DNA of 63,760 bases, counting the filler, from Lenisia limosa (taxonomy: Eukaryota > Protista > Breviatea), in NCBI GenBank assembly GCA_001655205.1. It is 5 parts of 5 records of this genome, joined end to end, with 100 filler letters (N's around TTAATTAATTAA, not from the genome) between each part and the next. Parts side by side here need not be neighbours in the genome. Positions count along the whole stretch, not along the records: positions 50,419 to 62,239 come from LPNZ01008020.1; positions 62,340 to 63,760 come from LPNZ01000178.1; 3 more parts are not named here. One strand, given 5' to 3'. Position 1 is the stretch's first letter; every line of letters begins with the position of its first letter. Below, in pieces: positions 53,401 through 63,760 of this stretch. Both the position numbers and the translations under genes were made by a program. Under the pieces are notes generated by a model. It worked only from the letters and a program-made list of their open reading frames with translations. It did no database searches and had not been told where the DNA came from.

Positions 53401-53624
53401 TCAGCAATTTGAGTCATAAAGGGCCCTCAAGAGAAGACGGAGAACCCAACAAACAGCATTCTCGTTGGGCTTTTCGTCCCTGGAATCCATGGCGGTTATA
53501 AACTCGTCATCATTCTTTGTAGGTTGTTGTTTATCAGCGGATTTCTTCTTCTAAAATCATTGAGACTAAAAATATCCGACAAGGAAAACACTTCAGTTCC
53601 TCTTACCTTCCTAAACAGACCCAT
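50419..53624 (-). CDS. Uncharacterised coiled-coil / low-complexity protein (3' truncated)
   Basis: MGLFRK / KKKSADKQQ.. / QAREQWLVDERLRLQEERERID / ITREEESLKQRESRIQQDRLRL stitched across introns. Confidence 0.55.
50546..50637. mobile_element. MITE family A, copy 2 (diverged TIRs)
   Basis: TAA-GGCTTCCCTACGGTCC ... GGACTGTAGGGAAGTC; internal CTCGATAAATCCTC shared with copy 1. Confidence 0.75.
51723..51806 (+). repeat. About 38-bp tandem repeat x2 in an intron
   Basis: ATAAGAATGACCCCCCC..TCCAAGG(C)TTTTGGGCAGAC repeated. Confidence 0.85.
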
Positions 53625-53861
53625 TTTTGAATCCTAAAATAAAGAGACTAAGACTTTCTTTGTTACATGCCTTGGGTTTATTTGTGAATCAACAACCCAT
53701 TTCTAAACTCTTTCTTTTACAGTTTACACACACGTTATTAATAGATTGAGCTAGTAAAGAGGTTAAATCGTTAAATTGGCCCCATTTTATATATACTGCG
53801 CGCTCGCGCGCAACGCCTAAAGCTAGCATTGGGAATTAAAATAGAATACTTAATTTCAATC

Positions 53862-53932
53862 GCATCGCTGGTTCAGTGGTAGAATTCGACGTTGCCATCG
53901 TCGCGACCCGGGTTCGATTCCCGGGCGATGCA
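53862..53932 (+). tRNA. tRNA-Gly (GCC), intronless
   Basis: Acceptor GCATCGC/GCGATGC, A-box TGGTTCAGTGGTAGAA, anticodon arm CGACG-TTGCCAT-CGTCG, T-arm CCGGG-TTCGATT-CCCGG, followed by an oligo-T Pol III terminator. Confidence 0.97.
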
Positions 53933-54046
53933 TTTTTTTTCAAAAAAAATATTTTGTCAGTCTGTCTGTCATGTCCGTGTTGTCCGTTTAAGCTTTTAAA
54001 AAACTCCTCACTTTCTTCTTTTCTTCGAACATCTTAGGCTATATAT

Positions 54047-57000
54047 ATGAACCCTCCTCGAGGCTTACCCTCCTTCCACTTTCCTGAATTCAGTTATGTG
54101 AGAGAGATTCAGGCACAAGATAAATATTGGGGTAGGGGGCAGTACAGTACAGCATAGTTTGAATATTGAACCAGTTGTCTGACGACCACTAGGACGAGTT
54201 TTACTTCAATGATTGTGTTGATGGTTACGATACTTGTCATTATCATTATCACGACCATGAACATGAACTGAATTTACCAAATGATTTTGTTGAAGTTGGT
54301 GGTGGGGTGGAAAAGAAAAACACATTTCTATTTCAAAAGTCTTTTGACAAACAAATCTCTAGTCTCATTGGTATGATCAATTTGGACGCCTTCGCACTCT
54401 CGAGTTGGCGGGGGGGGGGGGNNNNNNNNNNNNNNNNNNNNNNNNNNNNNNNNNNNNNNNNNNNNNNNNNNNNNNNNNNNNNNNNNNNNNNNNNNNNNNN
54501 NNNNNNNNNNNNNNNTTTTCATTCTCAAATTTGGGTTAAAAAGTTTCTGAGAAAACGGTTGCTTATGGTCAGACATTGTGTTTACCTGTGTCCCATTCCA
54601 TTTTGTCACTCTTTTTAGACTGTCAACGTCTAAAGCAGCGGAGTTTCCATTTGATATTCCACTAAAAATCCCGGTTGACCATTATGGCAATTATGATGAG
54701 TGGGTCCAAGATGTATAGTATATTATATGTCAGCTCTATACCATATCATGTACCTATTTGCTTTTACCTGTTTTTTGTTTTTCTAAGTATAGAGTGAAGA
54801 TGACTCGCAGAAGCTGGGAGTATATTCAAAATAAACCTTTAAATGTGAGTTTGCAGTTTACTGATTTCGAACACAACAAATTACAAATACAGTCAAAAGA
54901 GAAAGAATACTTGGAAAAATCAAGGAGGGATTTTCAAAAATAACAGGCGGGCCGAACGATGTTGTAAAATGTACTCCAAATTTGTTTGACATATAGGGGT
55001 CGAGTTTGCTGTTCCATATTGTCGTATTTTTGTTTTTTATTGGAAATGTGTCACTTTTCTCCGATAATATACAGTTACATAAATTTTGTAGACTACTCCA
55101 ACTAGCAAAAGTGAAAAGCCTAGTGATGAGATTTTGGGAGTACTTCGCAATGGTACGTTGAGGAATTCAAGGCATTGGCAACTGGCGAATCACGTGCAAT
55201 GATAGTGAGATGGGTTGTACATTGTGTTTGTTTGGAAAATAGAAACGCGATTATGAATTTAAAACTTCATTATTGATTGTTGTTGACTTCCAACTCACCT
55301 AACTAGAGAGGCACACTCGATGAAGCGTTAAAGCTAGACCTACATAGTCATGTTCGGTATATTTTGGAAATGGGAGCCATCGTGGTTGGAGAAAACTGTT
55401 GAGCTTATCGGTTTAGGATGTTGATTCGTTCAAAGTGCTAGATTTTTAACAACAGAGAGAAATGATAAAGACCATCATTCTTCACTCACAAAACCGAGAA
55501 GATATAATAAACACTGGTAGATATCAACTGCAGAATGAACGTGATGAAAGCTTTGATATTAATGTGAGTATTTGGTGTAAGGATATTATTAGAAAATAAA
55601 ACTGACTGTCACTTTCGACGTATTTAAGGATTTATTCTCCGAGAAAAGTGCTATTATTGACATGGGTGGTACTTAGGATACTCACTGAAAGGTTTTCAGT
55701 TCTATTCAAAGGTGTTGGTTAAAAACCTCCAAAACCATGTTATTTATCGTTTGTCAGCGGGTTGAAGGACCTCTTCTTTATATTGCTTGTCTTCTGGAAG
55801 ATTATGACTTGATTGACTTCCTCCTTGAGCAACATTGACATTGAACTGGTGATGCCATACGATGTGAGCACAACAATGACAATAATTATTTCTCTTCAGA
55901 CTACGACAATTCTTGAAACGATGTGCAGAGAGAATATGACTGATATTAATATCATATGATATATGATATATAATATATCATATATCATATATCATATATC
56001 ATATATATTATAATAGTATATAATACATACTTTATAATATGATATAGCTAATCTGAACGGCTTCCACCAATTACCTTCTAATTTTATTGCTCATGTCTAC
56101 ATATGATATACTATTACACTATGATAGTAAATAGCATTTGAATTTTGAGTCAAAGTTTATATCCCTTGTAGACTGTTGTTGAAAATGCCTGTAGTAATAA
56201 CAATTTGGAACTCCTAAAGTACCATTTGCCTCCCCCTAATGAGTACAAATACATATTGACAAACGTAAGCTACCTTCAACAACACTATTCCATAGTTACA
56301 CAAAAAAATGATACTTTTTAATTTTATTTTCACAAAAAGTATCATGGCTGAGGATAATATTGTTCGATTTTGAAAACTGCGGCATACTAGCATCTGTTAT
56401 TCAAAATTTGTATGGATTTTTAATAAAAAGGAACATTTTGACAAATAGACATGATTATCTCTCAACTAAATAGCCTTTGAGAAGTGCTACACAAGGACAT
56501 TTTCCAGAGCTAGTGAAGTTTGTTCTAGAAAAAGGATACGACCCAAACTGCAGAGATGCTATGGTATGTGGAATGTCATTATTATAAAAGGAGGATATTT
56601 TTTTATTAATATTCGGTTCTTATTTCATACAATGTAGTTCTACTCAGCGTTTCATAGTCTGAGTTGGAAAGAATGGGACATCGATGACTTCACAGGTTCT
56701 TCATCTTTACATTAAACATGGAGTTAACATTAATCTCCATGATGAAGATGTTGGTTTCCAATTTTTTTTCGATTGCTCTTCATTTATTGAAGGTTATTTT
56801 CTCAGTTGAGGATATTATAGTGGTATGATATTTTATTAATCTGTACTTATGTGTCATCTTCATATCATATGAAATAGTTACTTGACATGTAATGTATGTG
56901 TAACAAGGACATATGAAAAATAATGTTCTGATCTGACAAATTTTGGAGAAATTAACTGCGGATATTCTGATCTACACATTGATTCAAAATCAATATTTTT

Positions 57001-58201
57001 TTTAGGACAAAACACTCCTTCACAACCTCTGCACGAAGGAAAATGTGAATATTCGTCAAATTGAAGCAATTGAAGCTGGAGCCGATGTCAATGATGTGAG
57101 CAAGAGAAAACAAATATCTGAGGAAGTTTGAAAGAAGTGTAACCCATCAATATATGATACTTTCTTCCAGTCACAGACTGTAATCTTCCTGTTACTCCCC
57201 TAGACTAAACCTCTTGCTAGTCTTCAAAAATCCAGCAAGGGAACGGTAAGAGGATGGATTTATTCATTTCCTCTCAATCACCAATTTTTTCTAATTATGA
57301 ATAGAATGACGTTCAAGTCGTTGAACTCTTGATCAAAAATGGCGCAGCAGCGCCTCTGCCTAATTTTGTGGTGGGCGATACCGAAACAGGTGATACACAT
57401 ACCCTCTGAAAACTTCCGTGATTATTATATTTTCCAAAATATGTTCTTAATTGAAATAGATAAAACATAAGAGATAAGGTCTGTACCTATAATTTGCTTC
57501 ATTATTATACGATATGATACACTCTATCCAAACTTAGTAACTCCACAGGGTACACAAGCGACCTTCGGAGCAACTCCAGTTGACAATGCCTGGGGTGCCA
57601 GAGAGGGGGGTGGGGGTGGGTTTTGGAGGCTCCACTGTGGCAACTATCCATGTACCCGATTGCTGATTAAGAAGGAACTGATTTAGAATTGCGACAATTT
57701 AATCTCTTCCAGGATCCAGACAAAAGTGATGTTGTCGCTCTCTATCTAGACTACAACATGAACAGGTATGATGGGTTTTTCTAATGTTGAACTAATCTGA
57801 TATTATGTTGTCACAATAAACAATTGAATAAGAGCTTTGACAACACTAATGAGAGACTAAAGTAGTTAGGCTCCCAATTAAACAACAAAAATGTTGTGAT
57901 CATGAAATTCAACATTATTCCTGAGTACATCAATTTAGCGGTGAATTAAAACAACTGAATTGGTGATTAAAGTTCCCAGCGAGAACAGTACGCCCAACAT
58001 CAAGTCATCCGAACCCAATTGCAATTCTATCTATGTTTGTTGTGGAGCGTACTTATTATTTCTTTCTCTCTAAACTTTGTGTTAATGATATTTGGGGTAT
58101 CACTGCTCACTTACCAGAACTGTGAAGGCTACAATGTGGCTATGGAGCAGCGCCGTCGTTGGGATGCGTTCGAAAGAGACACTTATGGGGGATGGTTCTA
58201 A
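54047..58201 (+). pseudogene. Ankyrin-repeat gene with apparent frame disruptions
   Basis: Ankyrin exons (LLYIACLLEDYDLIDFLLEQ, PLRSATQGHFPELVKFVLEKGYDPN, IEAGADVND); in-frame TGA at 55836-38 with continuation in the +1 frame; second break near 56695. Confidence 0.55.
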
Positions 58202-58542
58202 TAATTATGTGGCTAATTTTCGTGTTATATTATTAAATCTTAAATCCCTGGTTGATTATCTTGTAAAAATATATGAATTCAGAGGAAGAAAACATGACGT
58301 CACTTTTACAGTCAAATGCACAAATGAAATGAAAAAGTGTATACATATTAAATGGAAATTGAAAGTATTAAAACAACACATGCTCTCTCATAATTGTGAC
58401 ATTTGTTACTGCGTAAGTTTTTGAAAAAATCCATCACAATCCATCACAATCCACTACTATCAATTACTGCTGTTCCGCCTTGAAGATATACATGTAATAT
58501 ATGTATCGCAGCAAAAAAGAGAAAACATATGCATAAATAAAC

Positions 58543-60709
58543 CTATCTTACAGCCCAAAAAGCAACATCGCAGGAAGGCGCCGAATAACTGGTCCCAATG
58601 CGCTTTGGTAGTACAGAGTTCCAGGCAAACAAGGCAATTCTATGGGGGATGAATACTGTATAGAAGTGTTGTCAATAGCTGTGAAGAAGGTTAAACGGTG
58701 AGCACAGGATCCGAGGTAAGGAGGTCAGAAACAATGAACATGAGGTAAGGAGGTCAGGAACAATTAACCCGCCTACGGTCCGCCACAGTGCGCGTCCCAC
58801 TGGTATGAATGAATCTCAGTCTAGAGAGTTTGTCAAAACAAGCAATAATAATAAGAGGATGGCATGATTTCTGTCTGCTGTGTAATTGGGTTGCTTTACA
58901 TGTTCATTTGAATAAGCGTAAAATTAATTGATTGCCTAACAAACACTACATTGAAAGCAATTGGTTGGCAACCCTTTTCCGCTCCATCCCACCAGATGCC
59001 CGCTTCCACAAAAATTCACTGGACTGGCAAACCCTAATAGCGTCACACCATCAAAGAAGGGGGTATTTGCACAGATGTTGGTAAAGACGGAAAGAATAAT
59101 GCAGCAATAAGAGAGAATTTTTGATTGATAGGTTAATTTTCAAACCTCCAAAAGCTCTGAAATTCTTGAAGATTGAGTCATCGCCCCCAGTGGTACATGA
59201 GGTGGAGCTGAAAGAGAAGGTTAACATATTGAAACTATCGGTCAACAACGTATAAGACACTATATAACATCATCAGAAACTGGGTGGAGTGAGACAACTG
59301 TGCCCATAAGCCCCATATGATAAAGAGGCAGGTATCCATAATGTGGATAAAGGGCATTTTGAGTCAACCCTTGCTTTCGGATGTGAGACTCACTTACCTA
59401 GCGGGTTGACAGGCGTCAAGGGAAGTTAAGTTTCCGTTGCTGATCTCTGAGTCAAACAGGAAGTTTGAGATGTACGCCTGATATGTCAGGTTGAGGACTA
59501 CACTGTATATTGATATGATATGCATGTTCAGTGATCAAGAAACTCAGTCTTATTTGATAAGGATGAAGTTTCAATAACAGAGGGACTGAAAGCTCACCAT
59601 GTTAGCCGTGTCCCAAACTCCTGAGATTTTGGACATCTGTAGTGATCAGTAGTAATTACTATGCTCACAATGCTAATAAAAATCGAGAATGAGAATAGTA
59701 TTTTACAGTCAATAATTGAGTTATAATATTTATCTCCATGCACCTGCGAGATCAGTGTCCATAGCAATATCAAGGATACTCTCTTTGAAAACGCGAATTT
59801 TTACACAAGCTTACAATTAGCAATTCGGAGTGGTACTGGTTCAGCAGTTCAAAGTCCTACAATGTCAGCGAGAGCATCTTTACAAAGCAAAAAACGATTG
59901 CAGTGAAAGGGAAATAAAAGCCAGCCCATACTTCGTAAGAAAGGTAGAAGCTGTTCCCATCAGAACTTGTCCATGAGTGCTTTCTAAATGAGTCCCAAGT
60001 TGGGGTGGCAGTGTTGCCTAAATAATAAGGGGGTTGTATGCTTGGTTCATTAGGTGCTGTTTGCACATAGTATGACAGATCAGGTAGATCATTTTTGAGA
60101 ACAGCAGCGTACTGGAGGTTGAGTAAGGTGCGGAGTCAGTGTTCGTATCCATAACCCGGGCAAAAATGGTCCAGCCGCCTCCCTGAAGGTCATGCTCACA
60201 GTAAACTGTCAGATCTGTTGTTCTATACCGGTGAGGATGGGAGCAGTGTGTTCTTTTTGACAGGATCATAGCGGAATTTAGAGATACTGATACGAGAATT
60301 TTAAACAAAACGTACATATCAGAATTTAAGATAGTTGGTATTTCCACAGACCAACCCATATTGGAATGTGGCGTAACCTGAAGGCAGCCCTCTTTTGAAG
60401 TGTTCCATGCAGTTGGTGGGAGGGAAGAAAACACCTAGGGTCTCCTCATTCAAGGTGTAGTTACCAATCTTGATCGTAAGGTCTTCATTGGTTGCAGATA
60501 TCATAGGCAGTGAAGAAAGCAATGAGATATCAATTGGTCTTTTGAAGGGGGAGACATTTGTTTGGGTATTGATATACATAACGACCAAAAATAGAATAAT
60601 CGAGGATTAAAGAAAGAAACATTCTTGTTGTACCAAAGAGAGGGAGCCTTTAGAAAACTCATAAAAGTCTTACCTTGATTTCCGAGGCTTCCAACAATGG
60701 GGTTCTCAT
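58543..60709 (-). CDS. Fibrinogen C-terminal-like (FReD) domain protein
   Basis: PTNCMEHFKRGLPSGY / TVYCEHDLQGGGWTIFAR; ends ..CDVAFWAVR-TAG. Start uncertain. Confidence 0.7.
58713..58768 (+). repeat. 29-bp tandem duplication in an intron
   Basis: GAGGTAAGGAGGTCAG(A/G)AACAAT(G/T)AAC x2. Confidence 0.85.
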
Positions 60710-60899
60710 ACTCACGTCAGCCTATCAGAATTAGACCATGAATATGAATATGAATGTTGAGTAGAATGTTCAAACAGAGAACAGGCAGAAGATAAAATCT
60801 CAGGAAAAAAACTGAACCGCCGGAAAAATCACTCGCACTCGCAGGAAAAATACAGTGTTAATCCGGGAGAACATTCAAAATACAATCAAAATTTGATAT

Positions 60900-61796
60900 A
60901 AAACTGAAACTAAAAACAACAACAGTCCCTGGAGCTGAAAGAATATATACATGGAGAAAATGAAAGTATATGATCATCAAAAAAGTAGAGATCCCTGGAT
61001 GGATGGTGGGTGATCAAAAAAGATTCTGGATGGACGATGGAAGGTGGAACTTGCTCCTGCCTAAGAGCACTTTCCCTGTCTGCCCTCAATAAAAAGAAAC
61101 AGGCCGTAATTTTTCCTGACGCTTACAGTTTTTTCACCCGAAAATACCCTTGCCTCCAGGTTCGGGTCCTTCTTCTGCCAAGCTTTCCCGTGAACATTAC
61201 TCGTGTACTCCACTAACAATACGTACACTAGCAATGTTCAAGCGGGAAAAGCTCTCGTTAGCTCCGCGACAGAAAACCCTCCCCACCGGCTTCGGGTTTT
61301 TCTTATTGGAATAACAAGTAACAGATTTTCCCCTCTTCGTCTATTACATATCCCACCGAAAGAGTTTGGGCGGACAGAGATGTGACTGTAATGTCATCAT
61401 TGGCATTCTGAGTGACAAATGCGGCCCCAAGGGACAGACTAAAGAGCGTCAAATGTGGTTTGTGGACAGAGAATATATATATGAGATATATCATATATCA
61501 TAGCTATATACTAAATATATAGAAATGAGAAATTCACCCAATCACAACACTAATCTTATATCTGTGTAAGAAGAAGTATATCATTGGAAGAAAAAACACA
61601 AAGCCTATATCCATCTTTTGTATGGTGCGTATTTGTATGAACTCAAACCCAAAACATGTGCTAGAATGATAAGAAGGAGCAGAACTGTCAGAAAGAACAA
61701 TGTTCTAAGATAGAATGCCCATAACGCATCATAAGCAATTTTATTAAACAATAAGCCGACAAACAGGAGTAGGAAATACAAGAAGGGGCTGTTCAT
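60900..61796 (-). CDS. Possible small membrane protein
   Basis: Hydrophobic first exon MNSPFLYFLLLFVGLL..; downstream exon-like segments; no family recognised. Confidence 0.3.
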
Positions 61797-62477
61797 TTCG
61801 GCTTCTTCTTTATTTCCTTGCTCTTACTTCCTCTCTCTTTTCTCTAGCTAATCTAATAAAATACTCTAATAATATATACAACAACTGCCCAAAAAACTGC
61901 AAAAACGCAAACAGACTAATTCCAAAGCACGTGTTTGCGGAACCCCACTTATTGCTGTTTTATGTTTTATTGCGTATTGGCCAAACCGCACTTGAACCGC
62001 ACACAGAACACAAANNNNNNNNNNNNNNNNNNNNNNNNNNNNNNNNNNNNNNNNNNNNNNNNNNNNNNNNNNNNNNNNNNNNNNNNNNNNNNNNNNNNNN
62101 NNNNNNNNNNNNNAGGAAGAAAGGTATGACATGATATTCAACATATCATCCATCTTGGGGTTTGGGATTTTCATTCCTCCTTTCCTGGGGATAACATGGT
62201 GCAGACTTTGAGGAAATTAGACAAATAATACAAATCAGTNNNNNNNNNNNNNNNNNNNNNNNNNNNNNNNNNNNNNNNNNNNNTTAATTAATTAANNNNN
62301 NNNNNNNNNNNNNNNNNNNNNNNNNNNNNNNNNNNNNNNTCCTCAGTTTTCCATCCCACATATTATATACTATATTATCTATTATATAATTACTTATAAA
62401 TACCTAACTATTATCTTTGACATAATTAATATAAATATATTTTTATTTTTTTTTCCGTTTTCCTAACTATTCTCTAG

Positions 62478-63760
62478 GGCCTCCTCAATTGTCGTCCCGT
62501 CACTGACCTGGCCGACTCATATCCGGCCGCGAGTGTCGCCTTCCTGAAAATCGACTCTTTCAAGACCTTAAGTGTTAACCTAGAGCCCCATTTCTTGCTG
62601 AAGGTGGGTGTTGAACACTTCTTTTGTTGATCCTTGTGAAAACGTTGAGTTCTAATATTTGACAAAAGAATTCCATGGAATTTTTGGAAATTTGAAGAAA
62701 TTTGGGGGATTCCCAAAATATATAAGGGAATCCCAAGTCGATGTGCCGCAGTGTAGTTATGAGGCTGTTTTGTGAACAAACCCTTAGGGACCGTACGGGT
62801 ATACAGATTTTACGTAAATCTACGTAAAAAATTTTAAGTTTCAAGAGGAGAAGGTACTTAAAAATACGTACAATATTTGGAAATCCGAATGCGAACTTAA
62901 AAAATTTTTAACAAAATCTACGTAAAAATCGTGTACACGAACGGTCCCTTACACTATCTCTCTCTTCCAAATACTATTGCTAAAATCTAGGGCTCCGTGC
63001 AGTTAATTGAAAAAATAATTTCAAAATTTGAAGTGCAACGTTGTAATGTAAACTCAATTTCAGACACTTTCATTTCTAATTTTGTCAATTAATTTCCTAA
63101 TAAAATTAATTGCACGGAACCCTATTAAAATCCATAATGCGATACTGATTAAGGTATCTTTGAATTATCCTCTTACAAAGCAAAAGAACATTTCAAGCTC
63201 ATAACAATAGGGCTTGAATTGGTCAAATAGATGACATGTTAGCTTCATAAATTTCCCAATTTTACTCCCCCTCCCCGCAGCTGGTGTCTTCGATTTTCGA
63301 CATCTTTGACCACCTCTGTACAAAGCTCCACGTCTTCAAGGTCGAAATGATCGGACCTGTCTATATGGCTGCTGCTGTGGGGGGTCTGGACATAGTGTAC
63401 ATGTGTATGATACCTAAGGCTTCACTTCGGTTCGAAAAAGACCGGTAAAATATCGATAGTTTTTGAGGATTTGTCGGAAAATTCCGTCTTTTTTCGAACC
63501 GAAGTGAAGTCCTTTTTTTTTTTTTTTAACATATGGGTATAAGGGAGGTGTATATATATGCTGTGGGTTGTACTCATCGAAGTTTATGTCGTTTTCCTCA
63601 TTTTCACTTTTCACCCCTTTATTCATTATTCATTTTTCATTTTTCAGGGATGTCCGGATAGGGATGCCCAACACGCAGCACGGATAATTCTCTGGGCGCT
63701 TTCATGCGTGGAAACTGTGGCAGCCTCAGATAGGCCTTTGATGGTTGATAACGACATCAG
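62478..63760 (+). CDS. Class III adenylyl/guanylyl cyclase-like domain (internal fragment, three exons)
   Basis: ADSYPAASVAFLKIDSFKTLSVNLEPHFLLK / LVSSIFDIFDHLCTKLHVFKVEMIGPVYMAAA / GCPDRDAQHAARIILWAL. Confidence 0.8.
62787..62948. mobile_element. PIF/Harbinger (Tourist)-like MITE with TTA target-site duplication
   Basis: TTA-GGGACCGTACGGGTATACAGATTTT ... AAAAATCGTGTACACGAACGGTCCC-TTA. Confidence 0.85.
62990..63122. mobile_element. MITE-like element with 19-bp TIRs and TA flanks
   Basis: GGGCTCCGTGCAGTTAATT ... AATTAATTGCACGGAACCC; a related end lies at 10731-10749. Confidence 0.75.
63418..63511. mobile_element. MITE family A, copy 3
   Basis: TAA-GGCTTCACTTCGGTTCGAAAAAG ... CTTTTTTCGAACCGAAGTGAAGTC. 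Confidence 0.85.

Noticed and set aside
55836-55838. In-frame TGA as evidence for a variant genetic code
   Set aside because: TGA, TAA and TAG each end conserved genes here (ZNF207, TMA16/DLD, AASS), and reading through gives non-ankyrin sequence with another TGA.
59770-59782. GTATCCTT U12-type donor look-alikes (also 8168, 33674)
   Set aside because: They fall inside exons, on the non-coding strand or away from any exon end; no U12 intron is supported.

Overview
Eukaryotic nuclear DNA from an intron-rich, fairly AT-rich, gene-dense genome using the standard code. Most six-frame ORFs are exon fragments or spurious, so the genes below were stitched by hand across GT/GC-AG introns and their boundaries are approximate. 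The window is not contiguous: four identical 100-nt linkers (44 N + TTAATTAATTAA + 44 N) join five scaffolds (1-29953, 30054-38119, 38220-50318, 50419-62239, 62340-63760). Recognisable genes: TMA16, bifunctional AASS (LKR/SDH), ZNF207/BuGZ, TTC29 (implying a flagellated or ciliated organism), the DLD 3' end, a PDI-family protein, an HD-domain hydrolase, a NEK-like kinase, a FYRN/FYRC chromatin protein, three ankyrin-repeat genes, a secreted Sushi+RCC1 protein, a fibrinogen-domain protein, a class III cyclase fragment and tRNA-Gly(GCC). Main unexplained signals: (1) G-runs just after 5' splice sites and C-runs just before 3' splice sites on the sense strand, sometimes in the same intron; (2) a near-perfect 32-bp intronic hairpin between a candidate branch point and 3' splice site; (3) several MITE-like and dispersed repeat families in introns; (4) catalytically degenerate signalling domains. 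The lineage cannot be fixed from the sequence alone.
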